From Pseudobdellovibrionaceae bacterium (GTDB lineage: Bacteria > Bdellovibrionota > Bdellovibrionia > Bdellovibrionales > UBA1609), in assembly GCA_018663505.1 (NCBI GenBank), contig JABJQG010000036.1:2680-66679 (forward strand): DNA of 64,000 nucleotides, written 5' to 3'. The number at the start of each line of letters is the position of its first letter. Positions within the stretch are counted from its first letter, which is position 1. The translations under genes and the position numbers were made by a program. The notes beneath the pieces are model-generated. The model was given only the letters and a program-made list of their open reading frames with translations, had not been told where the DNA came from and did not search any database. This document shows positions 8,002-17,730 of the stretch, piece by piece.

Positions 8002-10014
8002 TTGAGTATTTGGTATGATGGTTTAAATGAGGAACAAAAACACGCTGTTGCTCATAACAACGGACCTTTGCTTATACTCGCTGGTGCAGGCTCAGGAAAA
8101 ACCACAGTCTTGGTTTCTCGTACAGGTCGGCTTGTTGATGAAGGCATCGCCTCCCCAAAAGAAATTCTAGTTCTCACATTTACCAATAAAGCGGCTCGAG
8201 AATTTAAAGAACGTGTTATTACAAAACTCGGTAAAATGGCAAAAGGAATTTGGACGGGCACTTTCCATTCATTTGGACTACAAATATTAAAAAAACATTA
8301 TAAAAAAGCACGGTTACCAAAAGGGTTTGGAATTATTGATAGCCAAGATGCCCACTCTATCATTAAAGAAATCATTAAAAATATACATTTTCCTGATAAA
8401 GATGGCTTTGATGTGGAAAAACTTTTGAGTCTTATAGGTAATTGGCGTGCCACCAAAAAATGGGAAACTGATATCGAAGATGAGTATGAGCAAATGGCTG
8501 AAATTATTTTGCCTCGATATGTTAACAAATTAGAGCAGCTAGGTGTTGTGGATTTTGATTCCCTTCTTTTAAAACCCTTAGAGCTTTTTGAAAATGAACC
8601 TGAGGTACTATCATACTATCAAGATAAATATTCCCAAATAATGGTTGATGAGTTTCAAGATACCAATAAGATTCAAATGAAATTGATTGAACAAATTTCT
8701 GACACTAAAAAAAATCTTTGTGTTGTTGGAGATGATGATCAGTCTATTTATGGTTGGCGTGGTGCTGAAATCCAAAATATCTTAAACTTCCCACATCGGT
8801 ATAAAAACTGTGAAGTGGTAAGACTGGTTAAGAATTATAGATCCACTGGCAAGATTTTAGAACTAGCAAATGCCGTTATCCAATGTAATAAAAATAGACA
8901 TGGTAAAGTTCTTACAGCAGCTCTTGGTGGTATAGGAGACAAACCTGAGTTTTTTCAATTTGAAAGTGAAGACCACGAGTCCGAACAAGTTATGCAGCAA
9001 ATTCATTATTTCTTAAGACAGGGCTACCACGAGGATGAGATTGCTCTTCTTTATCGCTCTAACTCTCAAGGTGGAGTTCTTGAGGCTAACTTAAGACGAC
9101 ATATGATTCCTTATAAGCTTACGGGTGGACAAGCTTTTTTTGAACGTAAAGAAGTTAAAGATATTCTTGCCTACTTAAGGTGTGCTATTTTGCCTCACGA
9201 AGTGGCCTTTCGCAGAATTCTCAACACTCCGCACAGAGGGCTGGGTGATAAATTCTTTGAAAAGATTAATAGTGTTTGTGAAGAGGAAGAACTTACTTTT
9301 TATCGAGCTACAAAACAGTGGCAAAAATGGGATATTAAAAACTCACAAGGAGAGTCTTTAGAGGAGCTTTTTGAGATTTTTAGAACTATTAAAACTTCGT
9401 TAGCAAATCCAGAAAACAAAAAAAGCAACTTTGATTATGCGGCTGGCCTTTTAGACCTTATTAACAGAATTGGTTATCGTGACTACTTAGTTAAAAACAC
9501 AAAAGACGGATCTCAGTTTCAAAAACGATGGCAAATGATAGAGGTGTTCTCTCGTGTTTTTCACAGCTATATGCAAAAAGAGGATCGCGACTTAATGGGC
9601 TTCCTTGAAGCCATGGATCTTAGGGACCAAGTCCAAGATGACGATAGTGACGAAAAAAAAGTTCAACTTATGACACTTCATGCTTGCAAGGGGCTGGAGT
9701 TCCCTGTGGTAATACTAGTTGGCGTGGAGGAGGATATTCTACCGCATAGAAGTTTAGGACAGGATATTGACGAAGAACGGCGCTTATTTTATGTGGGTGT
9801 AACCAGAGCTAAAGAAAGACTGGTTATTACTCGCTCTCGTTATCGCAAACGATTTGGGCAACAGCAAAAATCTGCTGCTTCGCGGTTTATTTTAGAAATT
9901 CCTGATAACCTATATGAAAGTTTTGATGATGGATTCCGCCCCGTTCAAGAAGTTGAACGCAAGTCTATGTTGGCAGACCTTTATAAAAAACTTGATTCTA
10001 AACGAACATCTTAG
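8002..10014 (+). CDS. UvrD/PcrA/Rep-family ATP-dependent DNA helicase
   Basis: 670 aa with a TTG start. SF1 motifs present: AGAGSGKT, FTNKAA, VDEFQDTN, VGDDDQSIYGWRGA, KNYRST, MTLHACKGLEFPVV, LFYVGVTRAKE. Confidence 0.92.
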   Translation: MSIWYDGLNEEQKHAVAHNNGPLLILAGAGSGKTTVLVSRTGRLVDEGIASPKEILVLTFTNKAAREFKERVITKLGKMAKGIWTGTFHSFGLQILKKHYKKARLPKGFGIIDSQDAHSIIKEIIKNIHFPDKDGFDVEKLLSLIGNWRATKKWETDIEDEYEQMAEIILPRYVNKLEQLGVVDFDSLLLKPLELFENEPEVLSYYQDKYSQIMVDEFQDTNKIQMKLIEQISDTKKNLCVVGDDDQSIYGWRGAEIQNILNFPHRYKNCEVVRLVKNYRSTGKILELANAVIQCNKNRHGKVLTAALGGIGDKPEFFQFESEDHESEQVMQQIHYFLRQGYHEDEIALLYRSNSQGGVLEANLRRHMIPYKLTGGQAFFERKEVKDILAYLRCAILPHEVAFRRILNTPHRGLGDKFFEKINSVCEEEELTFYRATKQWQKWDIKNSQGESLEELFEIFRTIKTSLANPENKKSNFDYAAGLLDLINRIGYRDYLVKNTKDGSQFQKRWQMIEVFSRVFHSYMQKEDRDLMGFLEAMDLRDQVQDDDSDEKKVQLMTLHACKGLEFPVVILVGVEEDILPHRSLGQDIDEERRLFYVGVTRAKERLVITRSRYRKRFGQQQKSAASRFILEIPDNLYESFDDGFRPVQEVERKSMLADLYKKLDSKRTS

Positions 10015-10039
10015 TGCTGAATATATACCTAGGCACTGA

Positions 10040-12373
10040 TTACAAAGCAAACCATCGAGGTTTGCTCCACGCAGACTCGAATTCTTTATATTTTGACCTT
10101 ACACGCCAATAAAGTTTTCCTTTAATCTTTTCCTCAAGCAAATAAACAGATTCTTTAACTGTGGCTGAGTGCTCAATAACCGAAAATGATTTATCTTTCG
10201 ATATTTGAATAATATATTCATTAGCATTAAGATTTTTTGTCCACTTAAAAAATAAACTAGCACCAGCTTCTTCAACTTTATCATCTTCATCTTCAAAGGA
10301 TACAACTTCCATTCCATTTGAAGGGATTTTTAGTTTTGGAGGGTCTAACATTAAACTCTTATTAATAACAATCTGAGCTTTGTTGGATATAGAACTAATC
10401 TTTCGATTATTTTCACCTAACATTTGAATATTATATGAATATTTACTTTTATGGTCTAGTTCGGCTTCGTAGCTTGTTTTTTTAACTTTAGCGGTTTTAA
10501 TCAACTGATCGTCTTTATCATATATATTCAAAATGTATTTACTGGCAAAAGGTGAACCTTTCCAGGTCAGCTTCACTAGCCCCTTCTTGTTAAATTCACT
10601 TAATTTTTTTGTTTGAAGTGCAATGGAATTATCAGTAATTTTCGGATCAGAAAGCTGAACATCAAGTACTTTGGCTGAGGACCAGCGACTTGGTCTTCTA
10701 TTTTTGGCCAAGGCTCGTACTCTCCAATAGTTTTTTCCCACTACAGGTTTTCCCCAATCAAAGTTTTTTGAAGTCACTGTTTTTGAAAAGTTTATTTTAT
10801 TGAACAACTTTTGTTTGGACATTTGTAGTTCATAACTTAAACCTAGCACATCTTTTTCTTGCTGGTCTTGCCAAGAAAATTGAGGTTTGTTTGTGATTCG
10901 CTTTTGGTGAGCAGCAATTCCTCTGCCAAGAGCTTTACTTGAATCAAAAATTAATTTGTATATTTTTTGATTACCTTTAACTTTAATGCTGCTTGGGCTT
11001 TTCAGTTGATGAATTGCCACATCATCCTGTTTAAGAGCTTTACTTTGCAGCTCTGTTTCAACACTATCAACTACTTCTGGTGCTTTAGGGACTTCAGCCA
11101 GTTTACTTTCTGGCAAAAGCTGAATATCCGTTGACTGAATCACCTTAAAAGAAAATGGCTGACTCCAGGCTATATTTACGTTAGAGTCTGTGGGATTTTT
11201 AGCACTCACTCTCCAAAAATATTCACCAGAACTCACCCCCTTGCTATGAAACTCTGAATTTACAGTTTCTATGTCAACTTGAGGATTTTTAAATTTAATA
11301 TTGTCAGCTACTTGCAGGTGATAATTTAAATTTTCACCGCGATTTTCCCAAAACATTTTAAAGGCTAAGCTATCCACACCCTCCTCAAGTTCAAATTCAA
11401 ATCTATTCATTGGAAAATAAACAGCTAAGGGTTGAGTAGACACAGTTTCAAATCTAAACACTGGGCTCTCAAGCTTTTTCCCCAACTCATCTTTTGATAG
11501 AACCTTCCAGAAAAATGAGCTCTCACTATCCAAATCAGATATGCTAAACTTCTGTTCACTCACCTCTCTTGTCACTAATTCTTCATTGAAATTAATGTCT
11601 TTTGCTATTTTAATTTGATATTTATGTTTATTACTTCCGGCGGTTTCCCAATGAAAAGGAACTACCTCCCCAGGCTTTAACCAAACTTGTTGGTCATCCT
11701 TAGGACTTTTTAATGAAATTTTTATCTGTGTTTTTTTAACTTTAAGATTTTCTTTTATTTCTATAAAATTAGTTTTATCTATCACTTGAACTTCGCCATT
11801 TAACTCAAACTTAGCTGCACCTTCTTTGGACACAAAACCCATTCCACCATTTTGTTTTTTTGAAATTTTAATAATTGCTTCATTGTTAAGTTCTATTTTG
11901 GCTACCTTACCTTTATGAACAATATTTAACCCATCTTTGCGTATGGCCTTGTTCTTTCCTTTTCTTGACACCTTTGCGGAAAATTGACCAACTTGTAAGT
12001 CTAAAAACACTTCGTTATCACTACGAGTTAACTTCACCAAACTGTTGGCTTGAAGAGTTAGCTCTAAACCCGAATCTAAAATAAATTTTGTTGCCGACTT
12101 GTCTCCTGTAAAAAGACTATCTCCTTCAAATAAATCTTCACTGTTTGTGGCCTTAAACCAAAGCAAGCTTGCACCTACTTTTCTTCTTACATCATTTTTA
12201 ATAATTTTAATTTTACCAATTAAAACACTGTTAGTTGAGTTACGCATAAAACTACGTAAGAGAATTGATTCGTTAAACAACAAGTAAGACGACGCAATAA
12301 TTCCTAACATTGAAAACACTAAAAGTGTCCAATCAATCTTCCCTAGCCTATAGCCTTGCTTCTTCTTTTCCAT
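10040..12373 (-). CDS. Large membrane-anchored envelope protein with a FecR-like region and repeated Fn3-like modules
   Basis: 777 aa with an N-terminal TM (WTLLVFSMLGIIASSYLLF). The FecR-like segment is GDSLFTGDKSATKFILDSGLELTLQANSLVKL. At least five repeats carry Y-x-[IL]Q[IMV] plus F/YWRV motifs. Confidence 0.6.
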   Translation of the reverse strand: MEKKKQGYRLGKIDWTLLVFSMLGIIASSYLLFNESILLRSFMRNSTNSVLIGKIKIIKNDVRRKVGASLLWFKATNSEDLFEGDSLFTGDKSATKFILDSGLELTLQANSLVKLTRSDNEVFLDLQVGQFSAKVSRKGKNKAIRKDGLNIVHKGKVAKIELNNEAIIKISKKQNGGMGFVSKEGAAKFELNGEVQVIDKTNFIEIKENLKVKKTQIKISLKSPKDDQQVWLKPGEVVPFHWETAGSNKHKYQIKIAKDINFNEELVTREVSEQKFSISDLDSESSFFWKVLSKDELGKKLESPVFRFETVSTQPLAVYFPMNRFEFELEEGVDSLAFKMFWENRGENLNYHLQVADNIKFKNPQVDIETVNSEFHSKGVSSGEYFWRVSAKNPTDSNVNIAWSQPFSFKVIQSTDIQLLPESKLAEVPKAPEVVDSVETELQSKALKQDDVAIHQLKSPSSIKVKGNQKIYKLIFDSSKALGRGIAAHQKRITNKPQFSWQDQQEKDVLGLSYELQMSKQKLFNKINFSKTVTSKNFDWGKPVVGKNYWRVRALAKNRRPSRWSSAKVLDVQLSDPKITDNSIALQTKKLSEFNKKGLVKLTWKGSPFASKYILNIYDKDDQLIKTAKVKKTSYEAELDHKSKYSYNIQMLGENNRKISSISNKAQIVINKSLMLDPPKLKIPSNGMEVVSFEDEDDKVEEAGASLFFKWTKNLNANEYIIQISKDKSFSVIEHSATVKESVYLLEEKIKGKLYWRVRSKYKEFESAWSKPRWFAL

Positions 12374-12477
12374 ACCTATATTTTTATCGGCTTAAATATA
12401 AAAAATTAAAGTCCAAATATTTGATTTTGCGAATAAAAAGCTAAAAAATTATACCTTTAAGCATTAAAATATTTAAT

Positions 12478-14319
12478 ATGGGAAATTTGAAAAATATTAG
12501 TCTAAAATTTAAGTTATTGTTCATTTTTGTTGGTCTATCGACTTCCGTACTTCTTTCTTACGCATACTTAGCTTTAAGTGATTTTGAGAATGATAAAATT
12601 GCTTATGTCTTTGACTCGACCTTGGCTCAGTCCAAATCAATATCTAACCTTGTAAGAACAGATTTAGAATTCTATATTGACAAAATTAAGTTCTTTAGTC
12701 GAGGTTTTGATTCTAAGACAATGAACTTCCACTCCTATACTAAAAGCATCCTTCCATTTGAAAAAAACATTGAGTTCTTAGCCATATATACCAAGTCAGA
12801 GAATGAACCCCAATATATTCAAAAATCAATTATTAGTAAATCTAATATTAATATTAATCAAAAACTAACTTCTACTATTAACACTTTAACTACACAGGCT
12901 ATGCTTCACAGGGTTTCTTTACAAATAAACCCAGATAACGATAACCAATGGTTATTAGCTTTAAGATTTGGTAAGCCTTCAAGAAATCATCACATTGTTG
13001 TTAGCCTCATCACTAAAGCAAATTTTTTAGAATCCTTTACTGTGGCTCAAATACAAGATTCCTACCTCACTGATTCTTCTGGTAAGATAATTCTTGAGCC
13101 AAAGTCAAAAACATATTCTGACATTGAAACTAAAACACTGAAGACAGCTATTAAGGAAATTCAACAAAAAATCAAAGCACCCACCGGTATAAATGAATTT
13201 AAAAATACTTATGACAAATCTGGCAATCTTCTTATTTCTTTTTCTAAAATCGGTACAGGAGGACTTTTTATCTTTTCTGCAGTGCCTAAATCGGCGGCAC
13301 TGGAAGCTGTGAAAATGTTAATGATTAAGTCTGCACTTTTTATTTTCTTAATTATTTGCATTACAATCTTTATAAGCGTATTGGCTGCATCACAACTCAC
13401 ATCGAGCCTTAAAACTCTTCTCAGCGCTACAAAAGAAATATCTAAAGGACAGTTTGATGTAAATGTTCAAATAAAATCTAAAGATGAAATTGGCTTACTT
13501 TCTGAGGGTTTTAATCACATGGCCAAGGAAATCAATCGCTTAATGGGTGAAACCAAAGAGAAAGCTAGAATGGAAGGTGAACTTAAAACGGCACAACTAG
13601 TTCAGTCTACGTTATTCCCTGTTGATAGCTATGATTTTAAAACCGTATCTATTCGAGGATTTTACGAATCAGCATCTGAGTGTGGAGGAGACTGGTGGTT
13701 TCATAATCAAATTGATAATAAAGTTTATTTATGGATTGGCGACGCTACGGGGCACGGTGTTCCAGCAGCGCTTGTAACTAGCGCAGCAAGATCCGCTGCT
13801 TCGGTATTAAATAATTTTAAAAATATGAGCCCAAAAGAAGTCATGGAGATTCTCAATAAAGCCATCTATAATACTGCCGGTGGAAAAGTCCTGATGACAT
13901 TTTTCCTAGCAAGTTTCGATATATCAACTAATGAACTCACCTACTGCACTGCCAGTCACGATCCTCCCTTCTTATTTCCAAAATCAGAAACCCCTTTAAA
14001 GAAGCGTGATATCTTACCTTTGATGGGAACTCGAGGAGCCAGGCTTGGTGAAACTTATGACTCAGAATACCAAGAAGACGTTGTAAAATTGAAATCAAAT
14101 GATAAAATTGTATTTTACACAGATGGGGTTACAGAGTTGTATAATAATGAACACAAGATGTGGGGTGAACGTAAGTTCATAAAGTGTCTTTTAGACTCCT
14201 TTAACAACAACAATGATTTAGATTTTGCTATGGATAATCTGCTGAAAAAAATGAGCGAGTTTCGTGGTGAGACTCCCTTAGAAGATGATGTTACATATTT
14301 TATGTTTCAGACTAAGTAA
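12478..14319 (+). CDS. HAMP-domain PP2C/SpoIIE-family serine phosphatase (RsbU-like)
   Basis: 613 aa with two TM segments flanking a periplasmic region. HAMP region is LSATKEISKGQFDV...DEIGLLSEGFNHM. PP2C motifs are GGDWW, GDATGHGVPAAL, FYTDGVTE and DDVTY. Confidence 0.85.
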   Translation: MGNLKNISLKFKLLFIFVGLSTSVLLSYAYLALSDFENDKIAYVFDSTLAQSKSISNLVRTDLEFYIDKIKFFSRGFDSKTMNFHSYTKSILPFEKNIEFLAIYTKSENEPQYIQKSIISKSNININQKLTSTINTLTTQAMLHRVSLQINPDNDNQWLLALRFGKPSRNHHIVVSLITKANFLESFTVAQIQDSYLTDSSGKIILEPKSKTYSDIETKTLKTAIKEIQQKIKAPTGINEFKNTYDKSGNLLISFSKIGTGGLFIFSAVPKSAALEAVKMLMIKSALFIFLIICITIFISVLAASQLTSSLKTLLSATKEISKGQFDVNVQIKSKDEIGLLSEGFNHMAKEINRLMGETKEKARMEGELKTAQLVQSTLFPVDSYDFKTVSIRGFYESASECGGDWWFHNQIDNKVYLWIGDATGHGVPAALVTSAARSAASVLNNFKNMSPKEVMEILNKAIYNTAGGKVLMTFFLASFDISTNELTYCTASHDPPFLFPKSETPLKKRDILPLMGTRGARLGETYDSEYQEDVVKLKSNDKIVFYTDGVTELYNNEHKMWGERKFIKCLLDSFNNNNDLDFAMDNLLKKMSEFRGETPLEDDVTYFMFQTK

Positions 14320-14337
14320 CCAAAAAGGGTCCCTACT

Positions 14338-16329
14338 TTGGCTAATGTAGTAATTATTGACAAAGACTCTTCGCTTAGTCGACAAATGTACAACTTCGTG
14401 AAAGAGATGGATGATAAAAATGAAGTCCGTACTTTTGAAAGTTGCGAAGAGTTTGATAGCATATTTTTCCCAACTGAATCCAGTGCAGCCAATGCTGATG
14501 AGATATCAGCAAAACGATTATCCACCATAGATCTTATAATTTTTGGAATTATTGATAATGTTGAGCAAATAAACTATTGGATGAGTGAGGTCTTAAAAAA
14601 ATCAATACAAAAAAAATATAGCTCTAAAGAAAAAACAGTTCGCTTTATCGTAACCAAGTATGAGGATGATGACATTCCCAAAGGGAAGCTCCTAGGTACA
14701 CTTTTAGATGACATCCTGTTTCTTCCTTTAGACAGACTCATCTTCATGCAAAAACTAGAAATACTACTTGGGCTTCCCGAGTACATAACGCCATCATATA
14801 TGTACACTCAAGATGTGAATTTTAATGTTGAAATTTCAAAAAGATCACTCATTGAATTTATTTCTCCTTGTGGCTTCTCCATTAAAAATCCCGTAAGATT
14901 GTCTCCAGGTGCACCAGCTCACTTTTATGCCATCTTCCCAGAACTAGGCACTACTTTAGACTTTTATGCAAAAGCAATTTCATCAAAACAACACCCTGAG
15001 GATAAATCACAATATCAAGTCCGTTTTTTCTTTTTTGGTATTGACAGAAAAACCTCAACTTTGATTGCAAAATTTGTTCAGTCTAAAGTTGAATACAAAG
15101 GTTTTCTCAATAATAATGAAAGCCACTTTAAATTTAGCGATACCAATATATTTGCCACTGAAGAGGAAAAGAAAAGTAGAGGCATATTGATCATTGATAA
15201 TAATGAACAAGCCAGCGCTAATTTGCGAGATATTCTGACTCAACATATTGACAAAACCCAAGTTTCAACAGAAACCTCTTACGTTGATTTCTATAAAAAG
15301 TACCTAAACGCAACTTTCATAAAAAATACTGAGTTAGCAAGCTCTTTCGACCTCTCTTTAGCTAAAATCAGTTTTGATGTAGACATGGAAAGCCAAACTT
15401 TAGAAAAATGCCTTTGCCCATTTGGACCAGGTAATAAGATTCTGGATTATGAGCTTGGTGATTTCTTTAGTTCCCCTCATGAATGGAGAAAAATTTTCAC
15501 CAATGATGATGCTCAGTCATTGCTTGATGAAACTCTCCTGCTTTTTCCCACTAATAATGTTATAGAGAAATTAGTTACTTTAAATTCTAGTGAAGGGATT
15601 GAAAAACAATTTTACTTTTCTTTTTCACAACCAAACGGAAAAAATGCTTTAAGAATAGAAATCTCTGTACCTGATACTCAATTTATACAGCTACTTGAAA
15701 AAAGAAATAAAAAAAACCCCGTTTTACCTGAGATAAATCTAATTATTATTGATCACAAACTAGTTCCTACTGATTTTGAAAATTGGTGGGAAACATTCTC
15801 GCAATTTTTGTTTAGTAAATCTCTTGCTCATACCTCACGACCTCCTAAACTCATTTTAACAGGCGAAAAGGTTTCTGAAAAAGCTTTACAGTATTCGCGA
15901 CTACCAATAGAGGGGTACTTTTTTAATCCTGTGAATATTCAACATTTCCTCGCAACTGTTTCCAACTCGACTAATAATTATTTTACTAAATACAATATTG
16001 ATAATTTAGGAGGCTACAGAGCTAACCTCACTTGTTATATTGCAAAACCAGCAAAGCTGGTTAACCTCTCAGAATTTGGAGCCACACTATCAACAAGTTT
16101 TGCCTTTAAACCAGGTCTTAATATATTTTTACATGGAGCTATCTACGATAATGCCCCCGACAAAACCCTTTGTATCAGAGCCTATGCCAACCAAGAAGAT
16201 CCTAATAATAAAAATAAATTTCTTTGTCATTTTACATATTTTGGAATCAATGAAAGTTTTTTAAAGTTTGTGCGTAACTGGATTCGTGAAAAATACGCTC
16301 AAGCCAAAAGCAAGAGCAGCGCTACATAG
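14338..16329 (+). CDS. Hypothetical protein with a pseudo-receiver-like N-terminus and PilZ-like C-terminal motif
   Basis: 663 aa with a TTG start. The N-terminus VVIIDKD resembles a receiver beta1. The C-terminal VNLSEFGATL resembles the PilZ D/N-x-S-x-x-G motif. The assignment is weak. Confidence 0.4.
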   Translation: MANVVIIDKDSSLSRQMYNFVKEMDDKNEVRTFESCEEFDSIFFPTESSAANADEISAKRLSTIDLIIFGIIDNVEQINYWMSEVLKKSIQKKYSSKEKTVRFIVTKYEDDDIPKGKLLGTLLDDILFLPLDRLIFMQKLEILLGLPEYITPSYMYTQDVNFNVEISKRSLIEFISPCGFSIKNPVRLSPGAPAHFYAIFPELGTTLDFYAKAISSKQHPEDKSQYQVRFFFFGIDRKTSTLIAKFVQSKVEYKGFLNNNESHFKFSDTNIFATEEEKKSRGILIIDNNEQASANLRDILTQHIDKTQVSTETSYVDFYKKYLNATFIKNTELASSFDLSLAKISFDVDMESQTLEKCLCPFGPGNKILDYELGDFFSSPHEWRKIFTNDDAQSLLDETLLLFPTNNVIEKLVTLNSSEGIEKQFYFSFSQPNGKNALRIEISVPDTQFIQLLEKRNKKNPVLPEINLIIIDHKLVPTDFENWWETFSQFLFSKSLAHTSRPPKLILTGEKVSEKALQYSRLPIEGYFFNPVNIQHFLATVSNSTNNYFTKYNIDNLGGYRANLTCYIAKPAKLVNLSEFGATLSTSFAFKPGLNIFLHGAIYDNAPDKTLCIRAYANQEDPNNKNKFLCHFTYFGINESFLKFVRNWIREKYAQAKSKSSAT

Positions 16330-16355
16330 CAAATAGCGCTGTTAATCTTGTTTAA

Positions 16356-17498
16356 TCAGGCTACAAGTTTAAACCCGCACTCTGGACAAAATTTATGTCC
16401 ATCGTCTATTGGGCTACCACAGTCTGTACAAGCAATTTCTGAGGCAGTTTCCATTCTATATAGGCTATCATCAGCGATATCTACGAACCCCTTCTCATTC
16501 CAAAGTTTGATCTCGTAAAGCACTTCCCAATTACTTAAAGTTTCGAGAAATTCATTTTTATCAAAAGACAAGGATACCCCTTCTTTCTCATTTAATCTTT
16601 TGATAAATAGGCCCTTTTTTTCTAAAATATCTATATGCGTTGAATTAAAATCAATTTGAAATTCATTTTTTAAATGTGCAACCGTGCTATTAAAGTCTAC
16701 TTTCACCGCACCTCTAAAATCAGTTTCTTCATCTTCTGATAGGCTTATAAATGACTTCACCAAATGAATAGCTTTGCGATCCGCAATCAAGGACTCGCTA
16801 CGCCCCCCCTTGTAAAGGTGGTATTGAAAATATTGAGCAAACATTTCGATAGCTTCAATTTTATCGAATTGAATTTCATCGATTTCCTCAACGCCATCTT
16901 CGTTTTTTTCATATTTAAGTTCAACATAATTTAACTTACTCAAAAGCTTAAGTGCTTCAATCATACGTTTTGGCGTTTCCATAAAAAAACGAACGCCATA
17001 CAATTTCATGGCCGGCCAATCTAACATATTATTTCCTTCTTCATTTTTCTTACAAAGATGTTGAGCAATTAAGCTTATGGAGCAAAATAATCGAGGGGTG
17101 AGTTTATCTGGACATGGCGTACTTTCCTGTTCTAAACCAGAAGACTTCGCCTTTTGCCTAAACTGTTTTAATTCATCAGTAAAGCTTTTAACTAACATTT
17201 TAATTCCACCAGGAACTGTGTCTAATTGCATTTTAAGCACCGAGTAAGGAACCTCTAAAAATGACACCTGACTAACTGCTTCAGCTGTATAGAAAGCCTT
17301 TGAGTTTTGTATCAAAGACTCATCACCTATGATCTGCCCAGTTCTTACTTGTGCAATTTCAATTTTTTTCCCATTGCGATTTAAATTAAACTCAACCTGT
17401 CCTTTTTGAATGAGGAAGACACTGTCCAGATTATCACCTTCTTTAAATAAGGTTTCGCCTCTTTTGATGGTTTTTACTTGATTAGACACTAATATCAC
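16356..17498 (-). CDS. Cyclic-nucleotide-binding domain protein with a C-terminal zinc ribbon
   Basis: 380 aa. The N-terminal RGETLFKEGDNLDSVFLIQKGQVEF...GQIIGDESL is cNMP-binding-like. The C-terminal CTDCGSPIDDGHKFCPECG is a CxxC...CxxC ribbon. Confidence 0.6.
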   Translation of the reverse strand: MILVSNQVKTIKRGETLFKEGDNLDSVFLIQKGQVEFNLNRNGKKIEIAQVRTGQIIGDESLIQNSKAFYTAEAVSQVSFLEVPYSVLKMQLDTVPGGIKMLVKSFTDELKQFRQKAKSSGLEQESTPCPDKLTPRLFCSISLIAQHLCKKNEEGNNMLDWPAMKLYGVRFFMETPKRMIEALKLLSKLNYVELKYEKNEDGVEEIDEIQFDKIEAIEMFAQYFQYHLYKGGRSESLIADRKAIHLVKSFISLSEDEETDFRGAVKVDFNSTVAHLKNEFQIDFNSTHIDILEKKGLFIKRLNEKEGVSLSFDKNEFLETLSNWEVLYEIKLWNEKGFVDIADDSLYRMETASEIACTDCGSPIDDGHKFCPECGFKLVA

Positions 17499-17730
17499 TC
17501 CATTTTTTATTAAAGTTCAAATTAATCAAAAGCATAATAGGAGTTAAAGAGGCTAGTGAAAGTACTCTATTACCCAATTATCTCCTTTTATTTCGGCTAT
17601 CTTTCATCATTTTCTAAGCCCATGAGCTATTATTCTACTTTTGAGACTTGTCGCTATGCACAACTCAACATTTTTCCCTATTTATAGTCATTTCAGACGT
17701 ATTTAATGTTATTATAGTGGCCATAAACCC

